Source: Candidatus Bathyarchaeota archaeon (GTDB lineage: Archaea; Thermoproteota; Bathyarchaeia; Bathyarchaeales; Bathycorpusculaceae). Taken from it: 64,000 nucleotides of DNA. The notes beneath the pieces were generated by a model that saw nothing but the letters and a program-made list of their open reading frames with translations, made no database searches and was not told where the DNA came from. A program made the position numbers and the translations under genes. Shown here one piece after another: positions 41,050 to 51,959 of the stretch; the first letter of the stretch is position 1, and every line of letters begins with the position of its first letter. The stretch is from positions 800,001 to 864,000 of the forward strand of contig CAVZJV010000014.1 of the NCBI GenBank assembly GCA_963775685.1, given 5' to 3'.

Positions 41050-44000
41050 TTAATCTGCTACAGGCAGAGTTATGGTGAAAGCAGTGCCTTTACCCAGCTC
41101 ACTTGTAAACGCGATGGTGCCGTCCTGTGCCTCCATCAAACGTTTACAAACCGCCAACCCAAAACCCTGACCTTTAGATTTTGTGGTAAACAGAGGCTTG
41201 AAAATCTTCGCCCTAACCTCCTTAGGTATACCATTACCGTTATCCAAAACACTAAGCAGCATTTTTCCATCCATTGCCTTTGCCTTAATCGCGATTTTTC
41301 CGCCGTTTGGCATAGCTTGGACGCTGTTATTAAGCAGGTTAGTGAGCGTACGTTGCAGATAAGATAGGTCAGTTAATATTTTCGGAAGTTTTTTTGGGGT
41401 TTGCGTAGTCACGTGGATGTTTTCTGGAATTTGAACCATCGACAAAGCCTTTTTTATAACGTCTCTTAATTCGTAGACTTTGATTTCTGGGCATAGTTTT
41501 TTGGCGTAGTCTTGCAGGTCGGCGACGATTTTGTTTATGTAGTCGGTTTGTTGTTCAATCAAATTTATGCTTTCTAGTAAATTCTGTTTTGATTGGTTTT
41601 CCGGCAGAGTTTTAAGTTCTTCTTGAGCTAAGTAAACTGCTCCAATGATTGCTTGCAGTGGATTACGGATGTCATGCCCAATCATGCCCGCTGTTTCGCC
41701 GATTCCTGCTAAACGTTCAGCTTTTGTTAGCTCCTCTGTTTTTTCCTTAACAAGTTTTTCTAACTGTTCGGAGTGTTGCTGTAAGTCTTGCTCCATTTTT
41801 TTGATTTCCGTAATATCGGTCATGACGCTTACAGCTGAGGTTACCTGGTGATTGATAATTTCTGGGGCTATCGTATACTTGAATGCTTTAAAACCGATGG
41901 AGCTCTGCAGGTTGAATTCGCCTGTTTGCTGTTTTTTAGTTTTGAATGCATTCATCAAGGATTCATCTAATTGGTTTGCCAATGGCTTTAGCTCCTCTAT
42001 CTGCTTGATTGCTTTGCCAAGCATCAACTTAGGGTTAATACCCATAGCATTTTGGACGGAAGGGCTAACATAAATAAATTGTAAGGTTTTGTCGAATCTA
42101 CTGATTATTTCTGGAGCGTTCTCTGTTAAAGTGCGGTATTTCTCTGCTTCGATCAAGATTTTGTTTTGTGCCTTCGTTAAATCGTCAATATCTATGAATG
42201 AAATTACTGCGCCACCAATCTTTTTTTCTTCAGTAATGTATGGTCTAATCCGCAATTCATACCAACGGCCTTTCTGGTCTTGGAAGGTGGTGTTAATGAC
42301 GCTTAGCCTATTGATTACTTCTACTAAAGTTTTTTCTAAATTCTTAAAAGGAATGTCTAATCGAATGGTTGTAATTGAGCGACCAACATCTGAAGGAATA
42401 AGTCCCAAAATAGTTTGGGTTTCAGGCGTAAACCGCCTAATTTTGAATGTGTTGTCAACCATTATCATTGCGATGTCCATATTTTTGATTGTGTTGGATA
42501 AATCATCATTTGATTGTGCAAGGTCGGCGTTTCGGGTTTTTAGTTCATCGTTTAGTGTTTTTAGTTCTTCGTTGGTAGATTGGAGCTCTTCTTTTGCGGT
42601 TTCGAGTTCTTCGTTTGTGCTTTGCAGTTCTTCATTGCTGGATTGAACTTCTTCCATGGCGGCGCGTAATTCTTCGTTAGTTGCTTCTTGCTCCTCTATT
42701 ATTGTCTGGAGCGATTGTTTACTGGAGTCTAACTCGTCACGAATTTCTTTAAGTTGTAACTCTTTTTTTATTCTCTCGCTTTCACTTTGCTTTTCAGGTC
42801 GTCCCACCATGGGCTGCACAATGTTATGCTTGTTTTCTCTAAGTAAAACAAGGAAGAAGAGGTCTTCGAAGTTTTTGTTTTTTAAAGGCAGAACCTCAAT
42901 AGTTACTGTTTTTGTGTCTCCATTAGTTTTGAACTCTACCGTTTCAATGGTTATTTGTTTATCCTCTTTTTTTGCCCTATAAATGCCTGTTTCAATTTCA
43001 AGCTTTAACTCTTCCCGAAGCATTTTGCTAATGTTCAAGCTGGCAGCTCCTGCTTCAGGGAGAATATACGGCGCCATGTAACCTCGGAAAAGTAAGATGT
43101 CTAAATTCTTGTTAACTAGCATCATCGCTGGAACATATCTGGACATGACTATTTTGTCTACATCTTCTTTTAGTGTACTTATGGGGTCTTTTTTGGTTGT
43201 ATCTTTCAGAGGCATTTTGGTTGAGATTTGGAAAGCGTCAAAGCCAAAATTTACTTGGCTCTGTGCTCTCTTTTTAATGAAAACTGAGCTTCTCTTCTCT
43301 AATGGAACAAAGAGGTCGGTGAATTTGCCGATGCTTTCAGATTCACCCAAAACTAGAAAACCGCTTGGTTTTAACCCATAATGCAATATTGGAATTAGCT
43401 TTTCTTGGAGGAGGGAATCAAAGTATATGAGGACGTTGCGGCAGCAAACCATATCAATGTTTGAAAAAGGAGGGTCCTTAGTTAGATCCTGTTTTGCGAA
43501 GATGCACAGGTCACGTATAGACTTTTTTATTTGGTAATTTCCATTTGACTTGACGAAAAATCTCCGTAGACGTTCCTCCGAGACATGTGCTTCAATACTT
43601 TTAGGGTATAGTCCCTTTCGGGCTTTTTCAATATTTTTATCGTTAACATCTGTTCCGAAAACCTGAACAGTTACGTCTGCGATGGACTTTGATTCTAAAA
43701 ATTCTTGAAGTGTAATGGCAACTGAATAGACTTCTTCACCTGTTGAACAGCCAGGTATCCATATGCGGATTGGTGAATTAGTAGTTTTGATTTTTAGTAA
43801 TTCGGGATAAACTTTTTCCTTTAACAAGTTGAAGGTGACTGGTTCTCGGAAAAAGCTTGTAACGCCAATGAGCATGTCATCAAATAATGCTTGCAGTTCA
43901 ATCGAATGTGACTTTAGATATTCAACGTACTTGTTGATGCTGCCAATTTGGTTTATGACCATGCGGCGAGTTACTCGCCTGTTAATCGTCGCTGCCTTAT

Positions 44001-44772
44001 AATGCGTAAAATCAACGCCGAATGCAGATTTAAGAAGCGTAAAAACTGTTTGGTTTTCCATTTTCCCAATTTTAGATTCAACAGCTTTTACTTCGGCTGG
44101 TAAAATCTCCGGGCTTTTAGCTATACGGGCTAGTTCTTTTGCTATTTTTTCTGCTGACAAAATAAAGTGTACGCTTTCAGCAGTTATGGCGCTTTGTGGC
44201 ATACCTGGGTACTGGGCAGTTTCTGGGTCTTGAACAAAAGTAATTCCACCTTCCGCATTGATTGCTCTTAAGCCTTCTGTTCCATCTGTACCTGTTCCAG
44301 AAAGAATTATCCCAATTCCCTGACTCTTTCTCTCTTTAGCTAAAGAAATTAGAAAAACATCAATGGTTCTAGGATTTTGAAGGCGAGGAAGGAGCTGAAG
44401 AAGGCCTCCGTTAATCGTCATGTTTTTGTCGGGAGGAATCACATAAACATTGTTTGGTTCCACTTTCATTCCATTCTTTACTTGGTAAACGGGCATAGAA
44501 GTGGACCGAGAAAGAATTTCCGTTAGCATGCTAGATTGTCCAGGCAGTAAATGCTGTATAACCACAAACGCCATTCCAGTGTCATTGGGCATATTGTCCA
44601 GAAGCAACCTCAAGGGGTCTAAACCGCCAGCAGAAGCGCCGATGCCAACTACAGGAAAACTTGGGGAAACTGATTTAGCTTCATTTAATTTGTTGTTGCC
44701 TGAGATGTGTGGCTCTTCCAAAATAGCTGTTGCCTTATCTTTCATTTCATTTTTGTCTGTTGTAATGCCCAA
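41050..44772 (-). CDS. Hybrid CheB methylesterase-CheR methyltransferase-coiled coil-PAS-histidine kinase
   Basis: GIGASAGG, QHL, GTDG; GCSTGEEVYS, CRNVLIY; EELQSTNEEL repeats; GHDIRNPL, GQGFGL. Confidence 0.95.
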   Translation of the reverse strand: MGITTDKNEMKDKATAILEEPHISGNNKLNEAKSVSPSFPVVGIGASAGGLDPLRLLLDNMPNDTGMAFVVIQHLLPGQSSMLTEILSRSTSMPVYQVKNGMKVEPNNVYVIPPDKNMTINGGLLQLLPRLQNPRTIDVFLISLAKERKSQGIGIILSGTGTDGTEGLRAINAEGGITFVQDPETAQYPGMPQSAITAESVHFILSAEKIAKELARIAKSPEILPAEVKAVESKIGKMENQTVFTLLKSAFGVDFTHYKAATINRRVTRRMVINQIGSINKYVEYLKSHSIELQALFDDMLIGVTSFFREPVTFNLLKEKVYPELLKIKTTNSPIRIWIPGCSTGEEVYSVAITLQEFLESKSIADVTVQVFGTDVNDKNIEKARKGLYPKSIEAHVSEERLRRFFVKSNGNYQIKKSIRDLCIFAKQDLTKDPPFSNIDMVCCRNVLIYFDSLLQEKLIPILHYGLKPSGFLVLGESESIGKFTDLFVPLEKRSSVFIKKRAQSQVNFGFDAFQISTKMPLKDTTKKDPISTLKEDVDKIVMSRYVPAMMLVNKNLDILLFRGYMAPYILPEAGAASLNISKMLREELKLEIETGIYRAKKEDKQITIETVEFKTNGDTKTVTIEVLPLKNKNFEDLFFLVLLRENKHNIVQPMVGRPEKQSESERIKKELQLKEIRDELDSSKQSLQTIIEEQEATNEELRAAMEEVQSSNEELQSTNEELETAKEELQSTNEELKTLNDELKTRNADLAQSNDDLSNTIKNMDIAMIMVDNTFKIRRFTPETQTILGLIPSDVGRSITTIRLDIPFKNLEKTLVEVINRLSVINTTFQDQKGRWYELRIRPYITEEKKIGGAVISFIDIDDLTKAQNKILIEAEKYRTLTENAPEIISRFDKTLQFIYVSPSVQNAMGINPKLMLGKAIKQIEELKPLANQLDESLMNAFKTKKQQTGEFNLQSSIGFKAFKYTIAPEIINHQVTSAVSVMTDITEIKKMEQDLQQHSEQLEKLVKEKTEELTKAERLAGIGETAGMIGHDIRNPLQAIIGAVYLAQEELKTLPENQSKQNLLESINLIEQQTDYINKIVADLQDYAKKLCPEIKVYELRDVIKKALSMVQIPENIHVTTQTPKKLPKILTDLSYLQRTLTNLLNNSVQAMPNGGKIAIKAKAMDGKMLLSVLDNGNGIPKEVRAKIFKPLFTTKSKGQGFGLAVCKRLMEAQDGTIAFTSELGKGTAFTITLPVAD

Positions 44773-45738
44773 AATCTTACCTCCTAAAAATGAAGCTATA
44801 AACTTTCTCCTTGTTATGAATGGCAGCGTTCAGGCTATATAAGTTGAGTGTACAAAACTATAGTTAGAAAACGTCCATTTTCCAAAATTCAGCTTCAACA
44901 AAATTCAACCCATCAATTAAAGCGTTCTCACAAATGATGAACGAAAGAAACGCAGTGCGTTTTAAACACATTTCAGTGGTTTAGTTCAAAAAGGAAGAGT
45001 TAAGCGAACCAAGCCATGCGCCAACTGGATAAGCTTAAAAGGCAGGATGTTCATCAGCCTTCTCCTTGTCGGCAGCCGAATCCGCTCAACTTTTGTTGGC
45101 TATCCCTTGCATTCCTACTTATTGGTAACTCGCCTCAAAAATATAAGGAAATGTTGGTTACAGTATGATGTAACAACTACGAATAAGCACGACTTTCTAA
45201 AAGCATTCTTTTTGAATCTTGCCAGTTAATGCTTCAAATACTGAACATGAGTGTTGAACCTTTATACAAATTTAAAATCCAAATATCCAAGATAACGCAT
45301 TATGAAAGGAATATTATAAAATGGCATGCATGCAAGCTTCTAATAGTAGTCAACAAAACAGGCCATTATGGGTCCTTACAGATAAAGAAGAGACATTTAC
45401 CTACCTAAAAGAACTATTAGCCTCTGCAACGAGTTATTGCCTTTTTCTGCGTCCTTGAAAAACCAAAAAACAGCGATCCCGCGGACTATCGAGTACACAT
45501 TAAGGGTACAATTCATGATGACCACGAACAAAGAACAAGAGACATAGCTAAAAAAACACAATTTAACTGTTTAGAAAGATGCAGGCAATGTTGCCGTAAT
45601 AAAGCCTAAACCACCTCTTCAACGTCTTAAGAAAATGATTCCGGCCAATGTTGATGATTGGTTAGAGTGCAATTCATCATCCACTAGAAACATGTAGCGT
45701 TTATTGATAGGCAGTACACAAATGTTTTCGAAGATACA

Positions 45739-46198
45739 ATGAAACTCCTCCAAAGCCATAATCGCCTTAATCAACCTAATAATCATCGCCGTAACCCTCT
45801 CCACAGTAGCATCATGTGTCCTCATCGCCAAACAAAACATGTCAAACGGTGGAACAATCGGCAATAACATTACAGGCGCATTCAACATAGAGACCTTTAA
45901 CTAACTAAACGCAACTATAAACCACACAAACATCGATTGGGAACAAATAAATCCAGTCGACACTGCAACCAAAACCATCTATATAAAAAATACAGGCAAT
46001 ATCTCCAAAACGCTAAGCATGACAGAAATAAAATAGAATCCCTCAACTGCCACCTCAAAAGTTTTCTTAAAATGGAGTCTAGAAGGCATATCTTTAGCGG
46101 CAGGAAGTTTTGCCTGCAACATTATACCCTTGCACTACATTCGACATAGGCGACTTATTAGACTTCAGTTTCAACTTGGTTATTTCCAGCTCTGGTTA
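45739..46198 (+). pseudogene. Degraded small secreted protein
   Basis: Hydrophobic N-term then NIDWEQINP..TKTIYIKNTGN with stops and shifts; limits approximate. Confidence 0.5.
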
Positions 46199-46379
46199 AA
46201 AGCCTAACCTTAGGTTGAATATTTATAGGCCACTAATTATGGGCAATTGTAAGTGGAAAATGTAATTGTGGAAAATTCACCCACCGCTGACCCCTCATTA
46301 ACCTTAATAAAAACAAACACGTTAACATCTTTAATTCATATATCCGAAAAGATTATGGAGCAGAGGGGAAGAAGAAAAA

Positions 46380-46553
46380 ATGGGTCAAAACGAGAAAAGA
46401 ATTGAAGTTAGTGATAGAAAGAACTACCGAATTGATATAGGCGCTTATGGCAGCGTAGCCATAGAAGCCCCAACGAAAGATGAATGTTTAGAATTATTTA
46501 AAGAAGTTACCCGAACCAAAAGAGATTCAAGGCTAGACGAAGCTATACGATAA
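46380..46553 (+). CDS. Small hypothetical protein (57 aa)
   Basis: MGQNEKRIEVSDRKNYRIDIGAYGSVAIEAPTKDECLELFKEV...; below ORF-track cutoff. Confidence 0.55.
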   Translation: MGQNEKRIEVSDRKNYRIDIGAYGSVAIEAPTKDECLELFKEVTRTKRDSRLDEAIR

Positions 46554-46760
46554 CTTAAAAATAGAAATTCTTGCTATTATTGTTTATAGCGATTTTGGAA
46601 TTAGTTCGCAGCGTTTTTTTTATTCTTAAAACGGTTCATGCGAGATTATGGTGTAGGTGTTTGTGATGGCAGAGGATAGTTACTCTGTTTTGAAGAGACG
46701 AACGAGGAGAGTCATCCAATACTTCAGGACAAGGATATTAACTTTCGCAGTAACAGTAAA

Positions 46761-48434
46761 CTATAGATACGCATCGGTTACGTAGCGGTGCATCATTCGG
46801 TGGCTGTTAAAATAGTACGCTATTTTGCCGATTGAGTTTTTCATTAGTTTTATCCATTCGTCACGTTGATTGTAGAATTTTGGCAAGATGACGTATTCCA
46901 GCTTGTTGTACAAGTCAGCTTTTTCTTTTAGGAAACAATTCTGGTCATCTATATTCTCGGATGGATGCGGACCGATCGCCCAGCCTGTTAGATTTTCTAT
47001 CCAGCCTTCAATCCACCAACCATCGAGAACACTGAAGTTTATGACTCCGTTGTGGGCAGCTTTCATCCCGCTAGTTCCAGAAGCCTCCATCGGCCGCAGC
47101 GGTGTATTTAACCAAACGTCAACACCTCCAATCATTTTGGCCGCAATATCCATATTATAACCTTCCAAGTAAACTATTTCCACATCGCCCTTGAGTTGGC
47201 GACCAAAACCATAGATTTGTTCAATTAGGCGCTTTCCGCCTTCATCCCTCGGATGCGCTTTTCCAGCAAAAATGACTTGTAACTTGCGCTTGCGACTTAT
47301 TGTTCGTAACCTGTCAAGATTTGAAAAAAGTAAAGTAGGACGTTTATATTCAGTGGCCCTTCTGGCAAATCCAAGTGTAAACATATCAGCGCTCAGATTA
47401 GCGTTTGTCGATTGGTTAGCGTAGTTGATCAGTAACTTCTTTTGTTCTTCGTGCGCCTGCCAGATTTCCTCATCTGGGACAAGGTCAACTTTAGCAAGCA
47501 ATTCTGGTTCGATTGCCCAGCCTGGCAGGTATTTATCGAAGAGTTTTCGATATTTTTCGCCTGTCCACGTAAAAGAGTGGACGCCATTGGTTACTGCGTG
47601 AATTTCATAGCCCGCGAACATTTTGCTAGAGGTTTCTTGGTGTCTTTTAGCGACTCCGTTAACATAGTTACTTAGATTCAACGCTAAACTGGTCATGTTT
47701 AATTTTTCAGAGTTGCCATACTCCCGCAAAGTAACTAAGTCGGCGGTTCCTAACACTTCCCTAACCAAATCGTAGCTGAATTTGTCATGTCCTGCTTCCA
47801 CAGGAGTGTGCGTGGTAAAGATACAGAGCTGCTTAACTTTCTCTGGATCCGAGTTGTTCTTACGGAAAAGCTCAACGGCCAAAAGACTCGAGTGCCCCTC
47901 ATTCATATGGTATTTTCTTACCTTAAAGCCCAAAGCATCAAGCATCCGCACTCCACCAAAACCCAAAATGGTCTCCTGCTTTAAGCGGTACCGCTCGTTT
48001 CCTCCGTAGAGGTAAAAAGTTATTTCTCTATCCTCAGGAATGTTTTCGTCACAATCCGTATCTAAAAAAACAACTGGAACAACTCCGCCTGTGACACTTT
48101 GGTACTTGTAAATCCACGCCCTAACCTTTACGTTTCGCCCTTCGATTTCCACGTAAACTTCGTTTGGGGCAAGAATCATGGTTTTTTCAGGGTTCCATTC
48201 TCGGGGTTGCTCTGATTGCCTTCCGTTCTGGTCAATTTTTTGCTTAAAGTAATTCCTTTTACTAATCAATGTGACGGCGACAAGGGGAAGTTTAAGGTCG
48301 GCGCTTGAACGGATGGCATCTCCCGCCAGAGTACCTAACCCGCCAGCATACGTCGGAATCTCATTGGTTAAGCCCACTTCCATAGAGAAATACGCTATTT
48401 TTTGTCCTTTTAATACGCCCTCTAATTCATTCAT
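46761..48434 (-). CDS. glgP: Alpha-glucan phosphorylase, short form
   Basis: YFSMEVG, YAGGLGTLAGD, HMNEGH, RRATEYKR, EASGTSGMKA. Confidence 0.95.
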   Translation of the reverse strand: MNELEGVLKGQKIAYFSMEVGLTNEIPTYAGGLGTLAGDAIRSSADLKLPLVAVTLISKRNYFKQKIDQNGRQSEQPREWNPEKTMILAPNEVYVEIEGRNVKVRAWIYKYQSVTGGVVPVVFLDTDCDENIPEDREITFYLYGGNERYRLKQETILGFGGVRMLDALGFKVRKYHMNEGHSSLLAVELFRKNNSDPEKVKQLCIFTTHTPVEAGHDKFSYDLVREVLGTADLVTLREYGNSEKLNMTSLALNLSNYVNGVAKRHQETSSKMFAGYEIHAVTNGVHSFTWTGEKYRKLFDKYLPGWAIEPELLAKVDLVPDEEIWQAHEEQKKLLINYANQSTNANLSADMFTLGFARRATEYKRPTLLFSNLDRLRTISRKRKLQVIFAGKAHPRDEGGKRLIEQIYGFGRQLKGDVEIVYLEGYNMDIAAKMIGGVDVWLNTPLRPMEASGTSGMKAAHNGVINFSVLDGWWIEGWIENLTGWAIGPHPSENIDDQNCFLKEKADLYNKLEYVILPKFYNQRDEWIKLMKNSIGKIAYYFNSHRMMHRYVTDAYL

Positions 48435-48588
48435 CGCTTGTTTCCTCTGTTCCTGCTGGACATGCGCCCCCTCCGCCGCCGCTTAGCAGCATTAAATCCA
48501 TCCAAGCATGGGATTGCCTTTATCTACTTTTCCATAATCGATCAAATTCAAGCTTACAGCCAAAACAAAAAAAATAAGAAAATTCAAA

Positions 48589-49761
48589 TTAGGATGTTGG
48601 AGCGGGACGAGTACCCAAAACAACAGTTACCGATTCCGACGTGCTTCCTCTAACAATCGTTAGAACTAAACTGTCGCCAGGTAACGTGTTTTCTTCGAGG
48701 TAGCTTGCTAAGTCATCGTTGTTTTTGATGGTTTGCTGGTTAGTAATCGTGCCATTTGGACCTTGCACGCCCATGGCGATGATGATGTCGTTGGCTGAGA
48801 GTTTCCCTGCTGAAGGCCCTCCGGATGCCACTGAGGCGATTCTCCAGCCGTAAGTAACGCTTGCGCCGATATCTTTGGCTGAACTATAATCCATGTCTAT
48901 TCCTGTCACACCTAAATAGGAATGGCCTCGGTAGGAACCTGTTGTCATTAAAGCTGACACTTCTCTTAGAATTGTGTCTGATGGTATGGCAAAGCCTAAT
49001 CCCTGGGAGTCAGAAACTATCGCCGTAGTTATTCCTACTACGTTCCCAACAGCGTTGAGAAGCGGACCACCAGAGTTTCCAGGGTTAATTGGTGTGCTAG
49101 TCTGAATGATGTTGGCAATAGCATATCCTCCAGCAGTATCCTCGGTTATGGTTCGCCCGGTAGCGCTCACTACACCGGTGGTTAATGAGCCAACGAGTCC
49201 ATAGGGGTTGCCTATTGCAATAACTGGTTCGCCCACGCTAAGAGCAGATGAAGTTACAATTGTTAATGGTTTAAACTCTGAAGCAGGGGCATCAGAGGAA
49301 ACGGAAACTACAGCTAAATCAGAGTATGGATCTTCTCCAAGAACGGTAGCTGAGTAGCCATGCCCATCAGAAAATGTAACGCTTAAACTGGTGGTACCCT
49401 GAACAACGTGGTAATTAGTTAACACAACAATTCGATCAGAAAAACTGTACACAAATCCCGAGCCTTGGACGCCTCCATCGCTGGTTTCGCCCATAACCAA
49501 AACCACCGAAGATCGAACATCAGCGTAAATCTCCGATAGCGATGTCCCATTCTGCAATATGGTGATGCTTTGATTGGTGGAGTTTTGGAAACCCCTAAGA
49601 TTGGATACCTGACTTTGCAAAATTGAAACCTGGCCATTTAGATTGGAGACTTGCTGATATTCAACAAAGAAAATAAGAAGCCCTCCAACGAGCAATCCTG
49701 CTACAAAGAGTAGTACAAGGATGCTGGCTGAGGCTCTGCTGTAGCCTTTAGACGTTAACAT
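48589..49761 (-). CDS. HtrA/DegP-like S1C serine protease with PDZ, N-terminal TM
   Basis: GSGF, TNYHVV, DLAV, GNPYG, INPGNSGGPL. Confidence 0.93.
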   Translation of the reverse strand: MLTSKGYSRASASILVLLFVAGLLVGGLLIFFVEYQQVSNLNGQVSILQSQVSNLRGFQNSTNQSITILQNGTSLSEIYADVRSSVVLVMGETSDGGVQGSGFVYSFSDRIVVLTNYHVVQGTTSLSVTFSDGHGYSATVLGEDPYSDLAVVSVSSDAPASEFKPLTIVTSSALSVGEPVIAIGNPYGLVGSLTTGVVSATGRTITEDTAGGYAIANIIQTSTPINPGNSGGPLLNAVGNVVGITTAIVSDSQGLGFAIPSDTILREVSALMTTGSYRGHSYLGVTGIDMDYSSAKDIGASVTYGWRIASVASGGPSAGKLSANDIIIAMGVQGPNGTITNQQTIKNNDDLASYLEENTLPGDSLVLTIVRGSTSESVTVVLGTRPAPTS

Positions 49762-49806
49762 ATGAGTTCCTTGAAAAAGGATTAGCGAATAAGAAAATAA
49801 AAGTTG

Positions 49807-50811
49807 CTATAGCCTTCTGTCAATAAGATCCAAAGCATCGGGACCCGTGCCGATAAACACAATGGGCACACCTGTTCGGGTTTCTACCTCTTTGATAAAG
49901 TCTTTTGCTTCCTTAGGTAAGTCACCATATTTTCTGGCTCCTTTGCAGCTTGGATATATGCAATCCAGTTTTGTCATTGCACCTTGTGTAGCACCGTTTA
50001 TTTTGGCGTTTTTCTTAGCTAAGTCAAAGTCGAAGGGTGCACTGCGCCGTTCGCGTCCTGTTCCTGCTGCAACTTCAAACCATCCCCGCTGCAGGGCTTC
50101 TTCTTTGGTTATTTCCCCAGGTAACGGTCCAGCGCCCACTCGGGTAATGAAGGATTTGTAAACGATAATTACATCATCAACTCTTGTAGGTCCTACGCCT
50201 GCTTCTGAGGCAATTGCTGATGCACCCGTGTCTCTTCCAGTTACGTAAGGGTAGCCACCACCAAGGAAAAGCGATAACATAAAACCCTGTGTACCTTCAA
50301 GAAGCACTTTCTTGCCAGCGTCTAATCCATCATTAACCTCCGCTATTTCGTCAGCAAGGAAAGGTTTGAGCTCAGGAATATCTTTGGCAAGCTTTGCTGT
50401 GCGTCTTACGCGTTCTTCCAGGGCTGGCCCAACTCCTCTACCCGTGGTACCAATACCCTTGTTTACTGCGCTTGCTTTGTCTTGTTCGCCGTGTTTCTGC
50501 TCAATTATCGAAGCGTTCATGTCTACGCCCATCCGTCTTTGGTCAACTTGAGTGAGCAATACTTCGTCAAAGAATGTTTTAACATCGACATTTGCGCCTG
50601 CAGCGATTAGAAGGCGTGTTTTTGGATTTATGAAGGCAGCAGGAACCATATGTAGAGCGTATTTTTTGCCTTTAAACCAAACGGTGTGGGCAGCATTCAC
50701 TGAGCCAGTTCGAACACAGAAATCAACATTATCTTTCAGGGACAAGTACGAGATTATTTTTCCTTTTCCTTCGTCTCCCCAGAAGGCACCAACAATTACT
50801 GAGCAAGGCAT
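49807..50811 (-). CDS. purA: Adenylosuccinate synthetase (short archaeal form)
   Basis: WGDEGKGKI, NAAHTV, GTTGRGVGP, EGTQG, YPYVT. Confidence 0.96.
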   Translation of the reverse strand: MPCSVIVGAFWGDEGKGKIISYLSLKDNVDFCVRTGSVNAAHTVWFKGKKYALHMVPAAFINPKTRLLIAAGANVDVKTFFDEVLLTQVDQRRMGVDMNASIIEQKHGEQDKASAVNKGIGTTGRGVGPALEERVRRTAKLAKDIPELKPFLADEIAEVNDGLDAGKKVLLEGTQGFMLSLFLGGGYPYVTGRDTGASAIASEAGVGPTRVDDVIIVYKSFITRVGAGPLPGEITKEEALQRGWFEVAAGTGRERRSAPFDFDLAKKNAKINGATQGAMTKLDCIYPSCKGARKYGDLPKEAKDFIKEVETRTGVPIVFIGTGPDALDLIDRRL

Positions 50812-50877
50812 AAACTTTCACCGTGCTATGTCAGTTCCAGAATTATTTAAAGCTGTAGGCTTTTTTAAACATTTACG

Positions 50878-51061
50878 TCATTTTTGGTTTTGTTTTTTGT
50901 CTTCGTTTATTAGTTCAGCTAAGCGGTATGTGACGTAGGCTGAGAAACTACGGATGCCCTTTTTTATAGACATATTCATCTTTGACTTTGAGCCATTCCT
51001 TGAAGAAATAGTCGTACACCTCAGTCTTCACAGTGATGCTTTTGTAGCCTTTTTTCGGCGT
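50878..51061 (-). pseudogene. Small RHH-like DNA-binding protein, start mutated and frameshifted
   Basis: PKKGYKSITVKTEVYDYFFKEW...KKGIRSFSAYVTYRL. Confidence 0.55.
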
Positions 51062-51185
51062 ATTATGTTCCCTCTCTTCATTCATAGTAACCGAACGTAC
51101 ATTTATTTAAGTTTTAAGAAAGTTAACGGTTGTTCACCATTAATTATATATTCTAAGGTACCGTAAAGTACGGAAGGAGATCCAT

Positions 51186-51332
51186 TTGCCAAGAAAAGGT
51201 TACAAATGCATAACAGTCACAGATAAACTCCATCAAGAAATCCGAAAAAGATCAGGGGAAACAAACCGCACGATGAAAGAATACATTGAAGACCTCATGG
51301 CAAAGGAAAGAAAAACAAAAGAACCCAAATAA
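51186..51332 (+). CDS. Small ribbon-helix-helix-like protein (48 aa)
   Basis: MPRKGYKCITVTDKLHQEIRKRSGETNRTMKEYIEDLM; SD GGAG. Confidence 0.7.
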   Translation: MPRKGYKCITVTDKLHQEIRKRSGETNRTMKEYIEDLMAKERKTKEPK

Positions 51333-51507
51333 TTTTTGCCCTTTAAAGTTCTCCAGAAAAACTACCGAATAGCTGAAGTACATTTAATGGTAACTCATGC
51401 GGCAGAATGGCAAAGACCACCATAATTCCAATAAATGAATTTGAAGCTCAAAAAACAACAGAAATAACCTCATAGCAAAGCAAACAAGAATCACAAGCCA
51501 ACAGAGT

Positions 51508-51903
51508 CTAACGACGGCTTTTTTTAGTACGCCGTTCTAACGCTTCAGCATCAATCTGTTCCAGTAATCTAATTACACGTCTACCCTTGAGGTTTTTCTC
51601 TGACTGAGTTATCGATTCTCTAGATTGGCAAATATCATCTAAAATTATTCCTGTTTCTTCATCCAGAATAACAGGGTAAACTCTGCAGCCGGCTGGTCGG
51701 TCTACATAAACGCTGCATTGACTTTTTTTTAGATTATAGAAGAAACAGTAGCCGTCACGGTTTTTCAGTGTTAGATAACCTCTTTTGCCGTATTTTACGA
51801 ATTGGTCTTGACTAAAGCCTTTCTTTTCTAAACGTTTGACGTCTTTTTTGGAAAGCAGCATTTCGGTTTCTGTGCAGCAGACCCCACAGTTTGAACAATT
51901 CAT
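51508..51903 (-). CDS. YkgJ-family cysteine cluster protein
   Basis: CSNCGVCC, C.F, CSVY..RPAGCRVYP. Confidence 0.9.
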   Translation of the reverse strand: MNCSNCGVCCTETEMLLSKKDVKRLEKKGFSQDQFVKYGKRGYLTLKNRDGYCFFYNLKKSQCSVYVDRPAGCRVYPVILDEETGIILDDICQSRESITQSEKNLKGRRVIRLLEQIDAEALERRTKKSRR

Positions 51904-51959
51904 AAACCTGACATGTTTTGGCAGCTATTTGTTTTTATCCTTAGTATAATTGAACTTTT

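Noticed and set aside
42540-42700. 21-bp periodicity
   Set aside because: EELQSTN heptads of the CheB/CheR coiled coil
41645-44842. Many plus-strand ORFs over the CheB/CheR kinase (likewise over glgP, purA, map)
   Set aside because: Antisense shadows of well-supported genes
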